Of a DNA stretch of 64,000 nucleotides, positions 7,707 to 15,875 are shown in pieces. The stretch lies in IMG/VR virus record IMGVR_UViG_3300009285_000003, positions 1 through 64,000 of that record; one strand, 5' to 3'. The position numbers and the translations under genes are program-made. Position 1 is the stretch's first letter. Every line of letters starts with the position of its first letter. This DNA comes from a virus. The notes below the pieces were generated by a model. It worked only from the letters and a program-made list of their open reading frames with translations. It ran no database searches and had not been told where the DNA came from.

Positions 7707-10700
7707 GGGAGTAGATCTTCTTTCTATGCTCCAGGGTGGGAACTACGCAAGGGCCTCTCAGCAGGCCATACAAGCCAATAATATAGAGTTGCGACTGGAG
7801 GCGGCGGAGACCGAAATATATTCTCAGGACCTAAGGCTATCCTCTCAAGAACAACGAAGATACTGGAGGACAGCCAGGATAAACCAGCTATTGGTCCGAA
7901 CAGCTAATATAGCCAATCTTGCTGTTACTAATGCCAAGATAAATGATGCTTCTATAGATAAGCTCACTGCAGGCACTTTGACAGTGGAGGCCGCTTTTGG
8001 CACGGGTGGAGTAATAAAGTCAGGCCAGACTGCGTATGATACTGGCACTGGGTTTTGGATAGAGCACAATACTGGAACTCCCAGATTTTCTATAGGAAAT
8101 AGTGCAGCCAACAAACTTATTTGGGATGGGATAACCCTGGCAGTTACTGGAACTATAACTACCACGGCTGGGACAATAGGTGGATGGACTATTGACTCTA
8201 CCTCTATCCGTAATTCAGCATCTACAGTAATGTTGCGAGGTGCGGGTAACTTAGCATTTGGGACGACGCCACCAACTTCCCCTACGGTTGGTACTGGACT
8301 CTTTATAGATAATACCGGAATTTTTGGCCTTAGTGCTAACACTCAAAACTTCTACCTACAGGCTAGTGACGGCAAGGCATACTTTGCAGGGGGTGCAGCA
8401 ATTCTAGACAGCACTGGAATTACAGTAACTGCACCTGCAGTCCTTACCACAACAGGAAATGCTTCTTTCATAGGCAACTTCACTGCTAACGGTATTATTA
8501 AATTTACTAATAGTGCTGGTGTTAGAATTGGTAGTACAGATGATCCAACTGTACCACTAGATGTAGTGGGAGCAGCACTGTTTTCCAGTACTGTTGGAGT
8601 TACAGGAATTGCTACCTTTACAGTAGCTCCTATTGTGTCCTCACTAACAGCAGGCAGGGTTGTGTTTGTGGGGTCCAGTGAAGAGCTAGTAGATGATGCT
8701 GATTTTACCTTTTCTGGATCAACTTTAACCGTAACTAATCTGGATGTTCCTGGTCAGTCTACCTTCTACCCAGCCCCTGAAATGCAGCATGCTGTATCTA
8801 CTGAGTTCTCAGAGACCAGTGGAGTACCGCCTACCCAAGCCTGGTTTACCGCATTAGCAGTATCGGGAATAGATGGATTTGCTGTACCGCTACACAACCT
8901 GGCAGAAACAGGTGTTAACCCTTATGCTGACACAATTATCACTAGAGCCCTCACTGCTGGACTTTGGGTGTGCGGATACTACCGACCAGTAGAAAATCTC
9001 TTAACTGGATACAATGCTTTAACTGCGGCCAGTAAGGCTGCACTAAAGTTTCTAGTCCTTGATGTAGAGGACGTTGGACACCCGGTAACAGCAGCAATGG
9101 TAACAGCAGCAGAAGCCGTAAAGCCAACCTGGATCTACACAAACTGGGGCATGTTCGGGGATGTTATGGGGTATGGTGCCACTGGTTGGAATAGAGTCAA
9201 GCTATGGATGCGAGACCTCTATACAGTACCAGCTACATCTACCACCCCAGTACCTCTCGATATGTATACTGCTGCTAGCGGAAAGACTTGGGAATCCTGG
9301 CCTACTCTTATGCCAGCGGATTGGAGGGTTCGGCAGGCTGTACAATGGGCCGATCCCCTTACCTTTACAGAAGGTGCAGAAAGCTACGCTTGTACGTACA
9401 ATGTGTTTAACTCTGTATCAGTAGGAATTAGCACTGCTGGTACAGTGCTAGCACATGACCATAGTGGAGTATCTGCTGGGGGAAACTACCTTTATAATAG
9501 TGAGTCTCTCACTGACTTCAAATTGAGCTACAGTAGTGGTACTAAGCATCTTCTCTTTGGTACTATAGATGCTGCTCATACTAGTGGTACCGAAGGTTTG
9601 GATATTAGCTTTAACTATGGTGGAGGAGGTGCTGCAATAGCTACCATAGAGACTGCTAAATATGGTACTGGATACCGAGATCTGGTATTGAGAGCATTAA
9701 CTTTAACTCTTAATGCTGGGACATCTGGCACTGGAACAGAATTAGTGGTTGATTCTACTAACTCGACTTTCAAGACCAACATAAAGGCAAGTTATATAGC
9801 AGGATCAAAGAGTCTTCTTTTTGGCACCATAGACTCTGTCCATACTACTGGTACCGAGGGGTTGGATATACTCTATGACTTTGCTACTAATAGTGCAATC
9901 ATAGAAACTGCTAAATATGGTACAGCCTATCGTCATCTGGTATTTAATTCGTTAGATACAGTGTTTAATTCGGGTACTAGTGGCACAGGTGGAATCCTTA
10001 AGATTGACCAAACTGGGATTCACTTTAGAGCACAGGCAGAAACTAACTATACTACACTTGCTAGATCATCTGATGCCGCTGGTACTATTACATTTCCTTC
10101 TGCTGGTGGGACAGTAGTCCTTCTGGATGCTACTCAAACCCTGGTTGCGAAGACGCTGACGACACCGACGATCGCGGCGATACCGAACAACCTGCGCATC
10201 GGCTCCGCCGTGGCCCCGACCGTCGCGCTCGACGTGACCGGCGCTGCGCTCATCTCCTCGACGCTCGGGGTCACGGGCACTACATCTCTCGGCGTCCTTT
10301 CAGCCGGTACTATTGCAGGCTCTACCGGCTCCTTTACAAGCTCTATAAAGTCAAGTAGTCCTACTGCTGGCATCGGTTACGCCACGGGCGCGGGCGGGAC
10401 CGTTACGCAGGGATCTGGTTCCGGCAAGGCAACCGGGGTCACGCTCAACAAGATCTGCGGCATCATTACGATGAACAATGCCTCGCTGGCCGTGAATGCG
10501 ATTGTCTCGTTCACGTTCACAAACTCGGCAATCGCAGCGGGGGACGTGCTGATCCTGAACCACTACACCACGGGACGCGTAGGCTCCTACGGCCTGAACG
10601 CGAGCGGCATGACCGCTGGATCATGCCAGATCAATGTCATGAATCTTGGCCACGTGGACGCGCTTGCCGAGGCAATCCAGATAGCTTTCGTTGTGATAAA

Positions 10701-10716
10701 GGGAGTGACCTCGTGA
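7699..10716 (+). CDS. tail fibre protein
   Basis: ORF track, 1005 aa, rich in T/G/S/A with repeated fibre-like motifs. It contains a tandem ~85-aa duplication. The C-terminal tip domain reads ...GIGYATGAGGTVTQGSGSGKATGVTLNKICGIITMN... Confidence 0.8.
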   Translation: MRKGVDLLSMLQGGNYARASQQAIQANNIELRLEAAETEIYSQDLRLSSQEQRRYWRTARINQLLVRTANIANLAVTNAKINDASIDKLTAGTLTVEAAFGTGGVIKSGQTAYDTGTGFWIEHNTGTPRFSIGNSAANKLIWDGITLAVTGTITTTAGTIGGWTIDSTSIRNSASTVMLRGAGNLAFGTTPPTSPTVGTGLFIDNTGIFGLSANTQNFYLQASDGKAYFAGGAAILDSTGITVTAPAVLTTTGNASFIGNFTANGIIKFTNSAGVRIGSTDDPTVPLDVVGAALFSSTVGVTGIATFTVAPIVSSLTAGRVVFVGSSEELVDDADFTFSGSTLTVTNLDVPGQSTFYPAPEMQHAVSTEFSETSGVPPTQAWFTALAVSGIDGFAVPLHNLAETGVNPYADTIITRALTAGLWVCGYYRPVENLLTGYNALTAASKAALKFLVLDVEDVGHPVTAAMVTAAEAVKPTWIYTNWGMFGDVMGYGATGWNRVKLWMRDLYTVPATSTTPVPLDMYTAASGKTWESWPTLMPADWRVRQAVQWADPLTFTEGAESYACTYNVFNSVSVGISTAGTVLAHDHSGVSAGGNYLYNSESLTDFKLSYSSGTKHLLFGTIDAAHTSGTEGLDISFNYGGGGAAIATIETAKYGTGYRDLVLRALTLTLNAGTSGTGTELVVDSTNSTFKTNIKASYIAGSKSLLFGTIDSVHTTGTEGLDILYDFATNSAIIETAKYGTAYRHLVFNSLDTVFNSGTSGTGGILKIDQTGIHFRAQAETNYTTLARSSDAAGTITFPSAGGTVVLLDATQTLVAKTLTTPTIAAIPNNLRIGSAVAPTVALDVTGAALISSTLGVTGTTSLGVLSAGTIAGSTGSFTSSIKSSSPTAGIGYATGAGGTVTQGSGSGKATGVTLNKICGIITMNNASLAVNAIVSFTFTNSAIAAGDVLILNHYTTGRVGSYGLNASGMTAGSCQINVMNLGHVDALAEAIQIAFVVIKGVTS
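8860..9411 (+). other. GH25-like glycoside hydrolase domain embedded in the tail fibre
   Basis: SGIDGFAVP...LWVCGYYRP...FLVLDVED...PTWIYTNWGMF...VQWAD...YNVFN aligns by eye with the endolysin (ALDISAWQ...LEIATYSWP...FMALDIEA...PIIYTNLSSW...WQYW...DIFN). Confidence 0.45.
9521..10020 (+). repeat. tandem duplication of an ~85-aa module within the tail fibre
   Basis: SYSSGTKHLLFGTIDAAHTSGTEGLDISF...IETAKYGTGYRDLV...GTSGTG is followed by SYIAGSKSLLFGTIDSVHTTGTEGLDILY...IETAKYGTAYRHLV...GTSGTG. Confidence 0.6.
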
Positions 10717-10770
10717 CAATAGATAAGGAGAGACTGATGGCACGCAACCTGGCGAAGGACAGTTGTATAG

Positions 10771-10887
10771 ATGGCAGTTAGAAGTGCAGCAACTTTTGAC
10801 ATCTGGCTCAAGAACTCGGCTAATGAGCGGTATCCTTTGTGTAGAGGTACCATTACGTTCCTGTTGAACCAGGTAACAATCGCCTAA
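10771..10887 (+). pseudogene. 38-aa remnant homologous to the C-terminus of the minus-strand gene 14071-14439
   Basis: MAVRSAATFDIWLKNSANERYPLCRGTITFLLNQVTIA compares with ...YDFDIWMKNAADERYPLCRGTLTFLLNQVTIV. Confidence 0.5.
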
Positions 10888-10906
10888 GGAGGAAGAAAGA
10901 AAAGAG

Positions 10907-11164
10907 ATGGCTAAGAATCTTAGCAAGCCGAAAACCATAGAAGAAGCCCCCATAATTTACCCCATTTCTCAGGAGCACAAGCAGGTCTTGGCCCAATTTA
11001 CTCAGGAGAGAAATCAGGCTGTAGAACAGGCTACACTCCTAAGTAAAGCGTGGAGGGGGCTTATGTCAGAACTGGCAGAAATTTATGGGTTCCCCTTCAA
11101 TTCTAAGACCACGTTCCACCTGTCAGATGAGGGACTACAGGTAATACAACCTACAGAGGAGTAA
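10907..11164 (+). CDS. hypothetical protein
   Basis: ORF track, 85 aa. RBS GGAGGAAG lies upstream. Confidence 0.6.
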   Translation: MAKNLSKPKTIEEAPIIYPISQEHKQVLAQFTQERNQAVEQATLLSKAWRGLMSELAEIYGFPFNSKTTFHLSDEGLQVIQPTEE

Positions 11165-11167
11165 GCT

Positions 11168-11425
11168 ATGCCACTGGGAGAAACCACTTTATACCTCACC
11201 GACGATGAGATCCTCTTGGTCCGACGTATGCTTAACCAGGAGCTTCTTAAGGATGAGAAGGTAGCCAATGCTATCACCCTCCTCACCACAAATCAGATAT
11301 CTATGAGTAATAGACTCACCAAAGTAGAACGAATGGCCTGGATTGCTATTGGAGCAATTGGTGCGCTTATTACAGGACTACCGGCAATTGAATATATAGT
11401 GACGAGGTTTGGGAATGGCTATTAA
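11168..11425 (+). CDS. possible holin-like protein (one C-terminal TM segment)
   Basis: ORF track, 85 aa. The hydrophobic stretch MAWIAIGAIGALITGLPAI is present. It sits directly upstream of the endolysin. Confidence 0.4.
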   Translation: MPLGETTLYLTDDEILLVRRMLNQELLKDEKVANAITLLTTNQISMSNRLTKVERMAWIAIGAIGALITGLPAIEYIVTRFGNGY

Positions 11426-12290
11426 GGCCCTTGATATATCTGCCTGGCAGAAATGTCCCCCTGGGGTGTGGTTTGACACTTTGAAAGCTGATGGGTATGA
11501 ACTGGTCATCTGTTCTGCTTATGGTTCTGGTCCTACTGGGACAGGTCCTAATCCATGGCTAAAAGATGTGTTCCGTTCAGCTAAGACATCTGGATTGGAA
11601 ATAGCTACTTACTCCTGGCCCTCTTCTGCAGTAGATTCGGCACTGAGGAACTGCGGAGAATACCTCAGTGACCTCCTCTTTATGGCTCTAGATATAGAGG
11701 CCCATGCTGGAGTAACGGAGGCCAATGTTAATACAGTGGAAGACACTGGAATACAGCCCATCATTTATACTAACTTGTCCTCCTGGACTACCATTATGCT
11801 CAACACTAGTCGTTTCTCTCACCTTCCCCTGTGGGATGCTGGAGGCAGGCTTCCATCCTACCCACCCTCTGATGAGATGCAATGGTTTGTGCCCTATGGA
11901 GGCTGGGAGAAGCGTGTAGGTTGGCAATACTGGCTCGATGTACCCTATAAGGGGGTACAGGTAGACCAGGATATATTCAATACAGATTTCATCGAGGGAT
12001 TGACAATGAACGAGGAACGTGTTAGGGAAATTGTGGATCAAGCATTGGAGGAGGCCAATGCCAAGCATTACGCAGAGGATCACCAGTACTTACGTCCATC
12101 AACCGCTCTTGGCAGACTCATGGTCGAGAAGGGCCGCTACTCCAATGAGGACATCAAGAAGCTGGTCCGGAAGCTCTACAACCAGGGCGTAGTGAAGTTT
12201 CTGGATGGCTGGAGTATCCCCTGGACTCGCCCTACTCCCAAGCCTGGACGTGGGGGGGTTGTGTTTGAGGATGAAGAGGACGTAGACTAA
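11415..12290 (+). CDS. endolysin, GH25-like muramidase
   Basis: The ORF track gives 11409-12290. ATG 11415 has RBS GACGAGG upstream. Motifs seen are ALDISAWQ, LDIE and WQYW...VDQDIF. Confidence 0.7.
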   Translation: MAIKALDISAWQKCPPGVWFDTLKADGYELVICSAYGSGPTGTGPNPWLKDVFRSAKTSGLEIATYSWPSSAVDSALRNCGEYLSDLLFMALDIEAHAGVTEANVNTVEDTGIQPIIYTNLSSWTTIMLNTSRFSHLPLWDAGGRLPSYPPSDEMQWFVPYGGWEKRVGWQYWLDVPYKGVQVDQDIFNTDFIEGLTMNEERVREIVDQALEEANAKHYAEDHQYLRPSTALGRLMVEKGRYSNEDIKKLVRKLYNQGVVKFLDGWSIPWTRPTPKPGRGGVVFEDEEDVD

Positions 12291-12330
12291 GAGTAGGTAG
12301 AGTAGCAAACTACAAGAGAAAGAGGTCTTA

Positions 12331-13068
12331 GTGAAAGAACTATGGACTCCTCCCGACTATTCTGAGAGCATACAAGTTAATGAACCAACTCTGATACTCA
12401 CTGATACACACCTCCCCTATGCAGACTATGAATGGATTGGACGGACACTTCGAGTAGCGAAGAGGCTTAAGGTCAAGGATGTGGTACTTGGGGGGGATGT
12501 AGTTGACGGTAACGCCTATTCCAGATGGGGTAACAATGGTAAAGAAGGGTTAGAACACGAGCGACGGGCCTGGTACGATGAACTTCATCCTCAGCTTTCA
12601 AAGAGTGGAATCAAGCACAACTATTGGATACTTGGAAACCATGAGGACCGATTTGCTCGGGCAGTGGACTACCGAACCGACACGGGAGACCTTATTCGAG
12701 CCATGTTTGAGATGAAGAATACCACAATTTCCGATTATCACTGGTGCTACGTCTACGATGTCTATGTCTGTCACCCCAAGGGTGCTGGTGAAAAGGAGCA
12801 CCTGAAGATAGCCGAGCAGGTGAACACACATGTCGTTTGTGGCCACTCTCACCACTGGTATATGTCCCAGACTAACAGCGGCAAGCACATGGCCTTTCAA
12901 ATTGGTTGGTGTGGGGATGAGAACAAGCTGCGTTACTACATGACAGATGCACCCCATGGTAGTAAGAGATACGTCCAGGGTGCTATGATTGTCTTGCAGA
13001 AGCGGGGTAAGACAGTATTCCTCCCCATGGTTGCTGGAGGAATTGAACCTGAGGTATATCTTGACTGA
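12331..13068 (+). CDS. calcineurin-like metallophosphoesterase
   Basis: ORF track, 245 aa. Motifs seen are DTHLPY, GGDVVDG, GNHE and GHSHH. Confidence 0.8.
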   Translation: MKELWTPPDYSESIQVNEPTLILTDTHLPYADYEWIGRTLRVAKRLKVKDVVLGGDVVDGNAYSRWGNNGKEGLEHERRAWYDELHPQLSKSGIKHNYWILGNHEDRFARAVDYRTDTGDLIRAMFEMKNTTISDYHWCYVYDVYVCHPKGAGEKEHLKIAEQVNTHVVCGHSHHWYMSQTNSGKHMAFQIGWCGDENKLRYYMTDAPHGSKRYVQGAMIVLQKRGKTVFLPMVAGGIEPEVYLD

Positions 13069-13246
13069 GTGCCCAATCTGTAAGAACTACGAAATGGCTC
13101 TTGAGGATTGGAGGCAGACAAGAGAGGTAGAATGGGACCGATGGATGAAAGAAATGCTGTCTTACCCTCGTACACCGTATGAGGTAAAAGGGTTCGCCCA
13201 ACCCCTTAAACCATTGAAACCAACTTGTATGAGGTGTGACAAATGA
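13061..13246 (+). CDS. small Cys-containing protein
   Basis: This is the ORF-track frame 12989-13246. A TTG 13061 start after GAGG avoids an 80-nt overlap. It contains CPIC...CMRC. Confidence 0.45.
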   Translation: MTECPICKNYEMALEDWRQTREVEWDRWMKEMLSYPRTPYEVKGFAQPLKPLKPTCMRCDK

Positions 13247-13419
13247 AGAAGTTCTGGCGCTCGAAAACTTTCTGGCTGAACCTATCCGCCTTGCCGGTCA
13301 CAGCCCTACTGGTCCCCTGGCTAGGCAGTGAACTGGCTATGAAGATTAGTCTTACAGTGACCACTGTGGCAAACCTGGTATTACGACTGTTCTATACGAA
13401 TGAAGCTGTGACTGTATGA
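13243..13419 (+). CDS. small membrane protein, 58 aa
   Basis: ATGA overlaps occur at both ends. The sequence runs MKKFWRSKTFWLNLSALPVTALLVPW... Confidence 0.45.
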   Translation: MKKFWRSKTFWLNLSALPVTALLVPWLGSELAMKISLTVTTVANLVLRLFYTNEAVTV

Positions 13420-13784
13420 AGAAGTGGTTCCTCGATAATGTGCTGGGGAGGTTCCTGGCTACCTTCTTTGTTACCGTTGTAGTGATTGGGGGTACAGTTG
13501 TGGCTACTAGAATGATGGATACTAACAAGGAAGAGTCGGTACCTCAGATAGCCCCCATTGGTTACACCCTCTACAACGCAAGTACCAACACCCTTATCGA
13601 TGTACAGCCCTGCCCTCACTCCTGGAGCCTGGCCCCTAATATATACTCCACTGATCAATGGATGCCAGAGTTCGGGTATAAGTTTGACTTTGGATTTTGG
13701 GTAGCTACTTCGGGTGGAATTCTAGTAGAACTTAAGCCTAAGGGCTATACACCCGGACCAGAATGTGGAGCAGCTTACCAATGA
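13416..13784 (+). CDS. hypothetical protein with N-terminal TM segment
   Basis: ORF track, 122 aa. The hydrophobic stretch FLATFFVTVVVIGGTVVA is present. Confidence 0.6.
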   Translation: MKKWFLDNVLGRFLATFFVTVVVIGGTVVATRMMDTNKEESVPQIAPIGYTLYNASTNTLIDVQPCPHSWSLAPNIYSTDQWMPEFGYKFDFGFWVATSGGILVELKPKGYTPGPECGAAYQ

Positions 13785-14068
13785 GTAATCTAGTAGAAGA
13801 CGTGAAGTTCCTCTATGATGAAATACTACTTAATCGCCTGATACCAGAATTTCACATGGACCACCTGTTTGCAGAGAAGCTCGGTATAACTGTTGAGGAG
13901 TTTCGAGCCAGGATAAATGCAGAGTGGGATGAGGACGAGTTGGTATCAGAGGTTCCAATGGTCAGCATCCCTCTTGATGACCCCTATTTCACTACTCCCT
14001 CAGACACACCTTTTCCCACTGAAAGAGAGAAGGAACTAATGAGAAAGATGTGGGGTCTTGGATGGTGA
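13781..14068 (+). CDS. hypothetical protein (contains element copy 2 in frame)
   Basis: The ORF track gives 13763-14068. ATG 13781 makes an ATGA overlap with the upstream stop. Confidence 0.6.
   Translation: MSNLVEDVKFLYDEILLNRLIPEFHMDHLFAEKLGITVEEFRARINAEWDEDELVSEVPMVSIPLDDPYFTTPSDTPFPTEREKELMRKMWGLGW
13926..13975 (+). repeat. dispersed element copy 2
   Basis: GGTCAGCATCCCTC lies at 13960-13973. The 5' flank GTTGGTATCAGAGGTTCCAAT matches copy 1. Confidence 0.8.
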
Positions 14069-14070
14069 GC

Positions 14071-14439
14071 CTAAACTATCGTAACTTGGTTTAGCAAAAA
14101 GGTTAACGTTCCACGACAAAGAGGATACCGCTCATCAGCAGCATTCTTCATCCAGATGTCAAAGTCATAAATAGTCTTTACTGTAAGAGAAGATGTAGCG
14201 CTAGCAGGGATGGTTAGTGTAGCTATTCCTCCGGCAGCATTCGTAATAGAGATGCCCCCTACCCCGCCGGAATCATAGGTTAAGGCTCCGGTCGTTCCTT
14301 GAGGATTAGCTTCAAAGTACACTGTAGCTCCTGTTAGGCTTTGTGCTGCACCTCCTGTCTTAACAGGGATACGAATAACTACGGTTGTACCAATTACTCG
14401 TTCTATCTCTACAAAAGGAACTTGGCCTTGAGTACTCAT
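14071..14439 (-). CDS. hypothetical protein (possible fibre-associated/structural)
   Basis: ORF track, 122 aa. It is the last gene of an ATGA-coupled minus-strand cassette. A paralog remnant lies next to the fibre gene. Confidence 0.6.
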   Translation of the reverse strand: MSTQGQVPFVEIERVIGTTVVIRIPVKTGGAAQSLTGATVYFEANPQGTTGALTYDSGGVGGISITNAAGGIATLTIPASATSSLTVKTIYDFDIWMKNAADERYPLCRGTLTFLLNQVTIV

Positions 14440-14612
14440 ACTTCATACACCTTAGCTTCTGGATTACTAGTCAAGTATACCTTGGCAAGTGGGGGAGAAA
14501 TCAGGTACCCCTGGGCTCCATCGGCCCAGTCTTTAACAGATGAAGCATGAAGCCACATTGCATAGAGGGTAACAGTACTAGAAATGAAGGGCAGTGTTAT
14601 AGTCTGAGTCAT
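14436..14612 (-). CDS. hypothetical small protein, 58 aa
   Basis: MTQTITLPFISSTVTLYAMW... has ATGA overlaps at both ends. It is below the ORF-track cutoff. Confidence 0.45.
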   Translation of the reverse strand: MTQTITLPFISSTVTLYAMWLHASSVKDWADGAQGYLISPPLAKVYLTSNPEAKVYEV

Positions 14613-14998
14613 AGGGCAAATAACCCACTTGCATGTATGGTCACAGTAATATCTGTCCCATCAGGAGTTATTGGCATGCCTGTAATTCCAGTGTCATAAT
14701 ATGCGAGAAGATTATCACTTGTCACATCGTAAAGAATGACTGCCTCTGAGACATCTCCAGTAACACTGGGAAAAGTTGCATTATCTACATCTAGTACTCC
14801 AAGAAGAATGGTTGGGGTAGTTAAGGTACCGGAAACAGCAACACGTGCTGCAACAGGTAAGTCAGATAGTACAGAATGAGATGCAGAATAGGTATAGTCA
14901 GCAGTATCTACTAAGTATAAGACTAGGGTATCTGTATTTAGGTCTATTTCTTTATTTGCTATGGCTTGTTTAGCTAGAGGGTAGATTAGATTACTCAA
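14609..14998 (-). CDS. hypothetical protein
   Basis: ORF track, 129 aa. Confidence 0.6.
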   Translation of the reverse strand: MSNLIYPLAKQAIANKEIDLNTDTLVLYLVDTADYTYSASHSVLSDLPVAARVAVSGTLTTPTILLGVLDVDNATFPSVTGDVSEAVILYDVTSDNLLAYYDTGITGMPITPDGTDITVTIHASGLFAL

Positions 14999-15257
14999 GA
15001 ACTGCGGCCTCTTCTACTCCAACAATCGTCTTCCCTAGCACCTGCACCCCGTGCTTCCACCCCACCGCTGGGTCTAACGCCGTTACCCCAAAGGCTACCG
15101 TCACATCAGCCGCACCGGGGCTCGTGTGTGTGAAACACACATCGCCAACCCGCCAGCGCTGGACGACGGTGTCCGGCTCGGTGCCGAGGTAGAGTAGCTG
15201 GTCAACCGTGCCATCGGTGAACGCCTTGTCTGCAAGCTCAATCTTCGTCAACGCCAT
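14991..15257 (-). CDS. hypothetical protein encoded in a G+C-rich patch
   Basis: ORF track, 88 aa. Composition switches abruptly at about 14995 and about 15350. Confidence 0.55.
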   Translation of the reverse strand: MALTKIELADKAFTDGTVDQLLYLGTEPDTVVQRWRVGDVCFTHTSPGAADVTVAFGVTALDPAVGWKHGVQVLGKTIVGVEEAAVLE

Positions 15258-15373
15258 CGTCTAGGCCCTCATCAAGTTTGCTGGGAACTCGCCGCCGTTC
15301 GCGTAGACTGTGAGACTCACTGACACGGGGAACATCTCGGGGCGGACGATTTAACCTCAGTAAAGTTCTATGA

Positions 15374-15583
15374 TTAGTATACTTCACTGCGGAAACAGGA
15401 CTTAGCTAAGGTACATTCTTGTCGAAACTCATTAGTACAATCACGACAGAACTCCTCCAGGATGAACTCCTCAGTAAGTGGAAGTTGTGGCGTCCCAAGA
15501 GTGTTCAACCAGTTCTGGAAGTGCCCTGTCCAATCCTGGAACTCCTTTATAGTCGTGCATCGGAGGTATTCCGGTTTTTTCAC
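15374..15583 (-). CDS. hypothetical Cys-rich small protein
   Basis: ORF track, 69 aa, GTG start. It overlaps the 3' end of 15471-15875 by 113 nt in another frame. Confidence 0.4.
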   Translation of the reverse strand: MKKPEYLRCTTIKEFQDWTGHFQNWLNTLGTPQLPLTEEFILEEFCRDCTNEFRQECTLAKSCFRSEVY

Positions 15584-15875
15584 CTACTAGTCTTGCAGCT
15601 TGCCTGATCTGATACTTTCGTTTTCCACTGGCCAGGAAGAGGTCCGCAACTTTCTCAGAGGTAGTCCTAAGCTCTGCCGCAGCTTTGAGGGCTGGGTATG
15701 GGTCAAAGTCAGCCTCTTCAAACGCTCCGAAACTACCTGTTTGTATAGCTCGTTGTGTAATTGCAAGATACTTCATCCCTTTATCATTGAGTTTATCAAC
15801 TATAGTATAAGCTGGATCTCCTTCTAACACAAGCCATCTACGACCTGTTTCATCCTCAGTTATCATTACTACCAC
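15471..15875 (-). CDS. hypothetical protein (possible HTH)
   Basis: ORF track, 134 aa. Confidence 0.55.
   Translation of the reverse strand: MVVMITEDETGRRWLVLEGDPAYTIVDKLNDKGMKYLAITQRAIQTGSFGAFEEADFDPYPALKAAAELRTTSEKVADLFLASGKRKYQIRQAARLVGEKTGIPPMHDYKGVPGLDRALPELVEHSWDATTSTY

Noticed and set aside
7699-10716. A diversity-generating retroelement acting on the tail-fibre tip.
   Set aside because: No reverse transcriptase gene and no template repeat matching the tip were found in the window.
10771-14439. A Mu G-segment-like invertible host-range segment bounded by the inverted partial duplicates.
   Set aside because: No invertase or recombinase gene is in the window. The segment contains the lysis genes. 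The repeats are divergent coding sequence rather than short crossover sites.
15573-15584. A run of six A on the minus strand (GGTGAAAAAACCGG) at the overlap of two ORFs, considered as a programmed frameshift site.
   Set aside because: The downstream ORF is in the +1 frame, not the -1 frame, relative to the upstream one. The heptamer does not fit X XXY YYZ in the zero frame. No downstream structure was seen.
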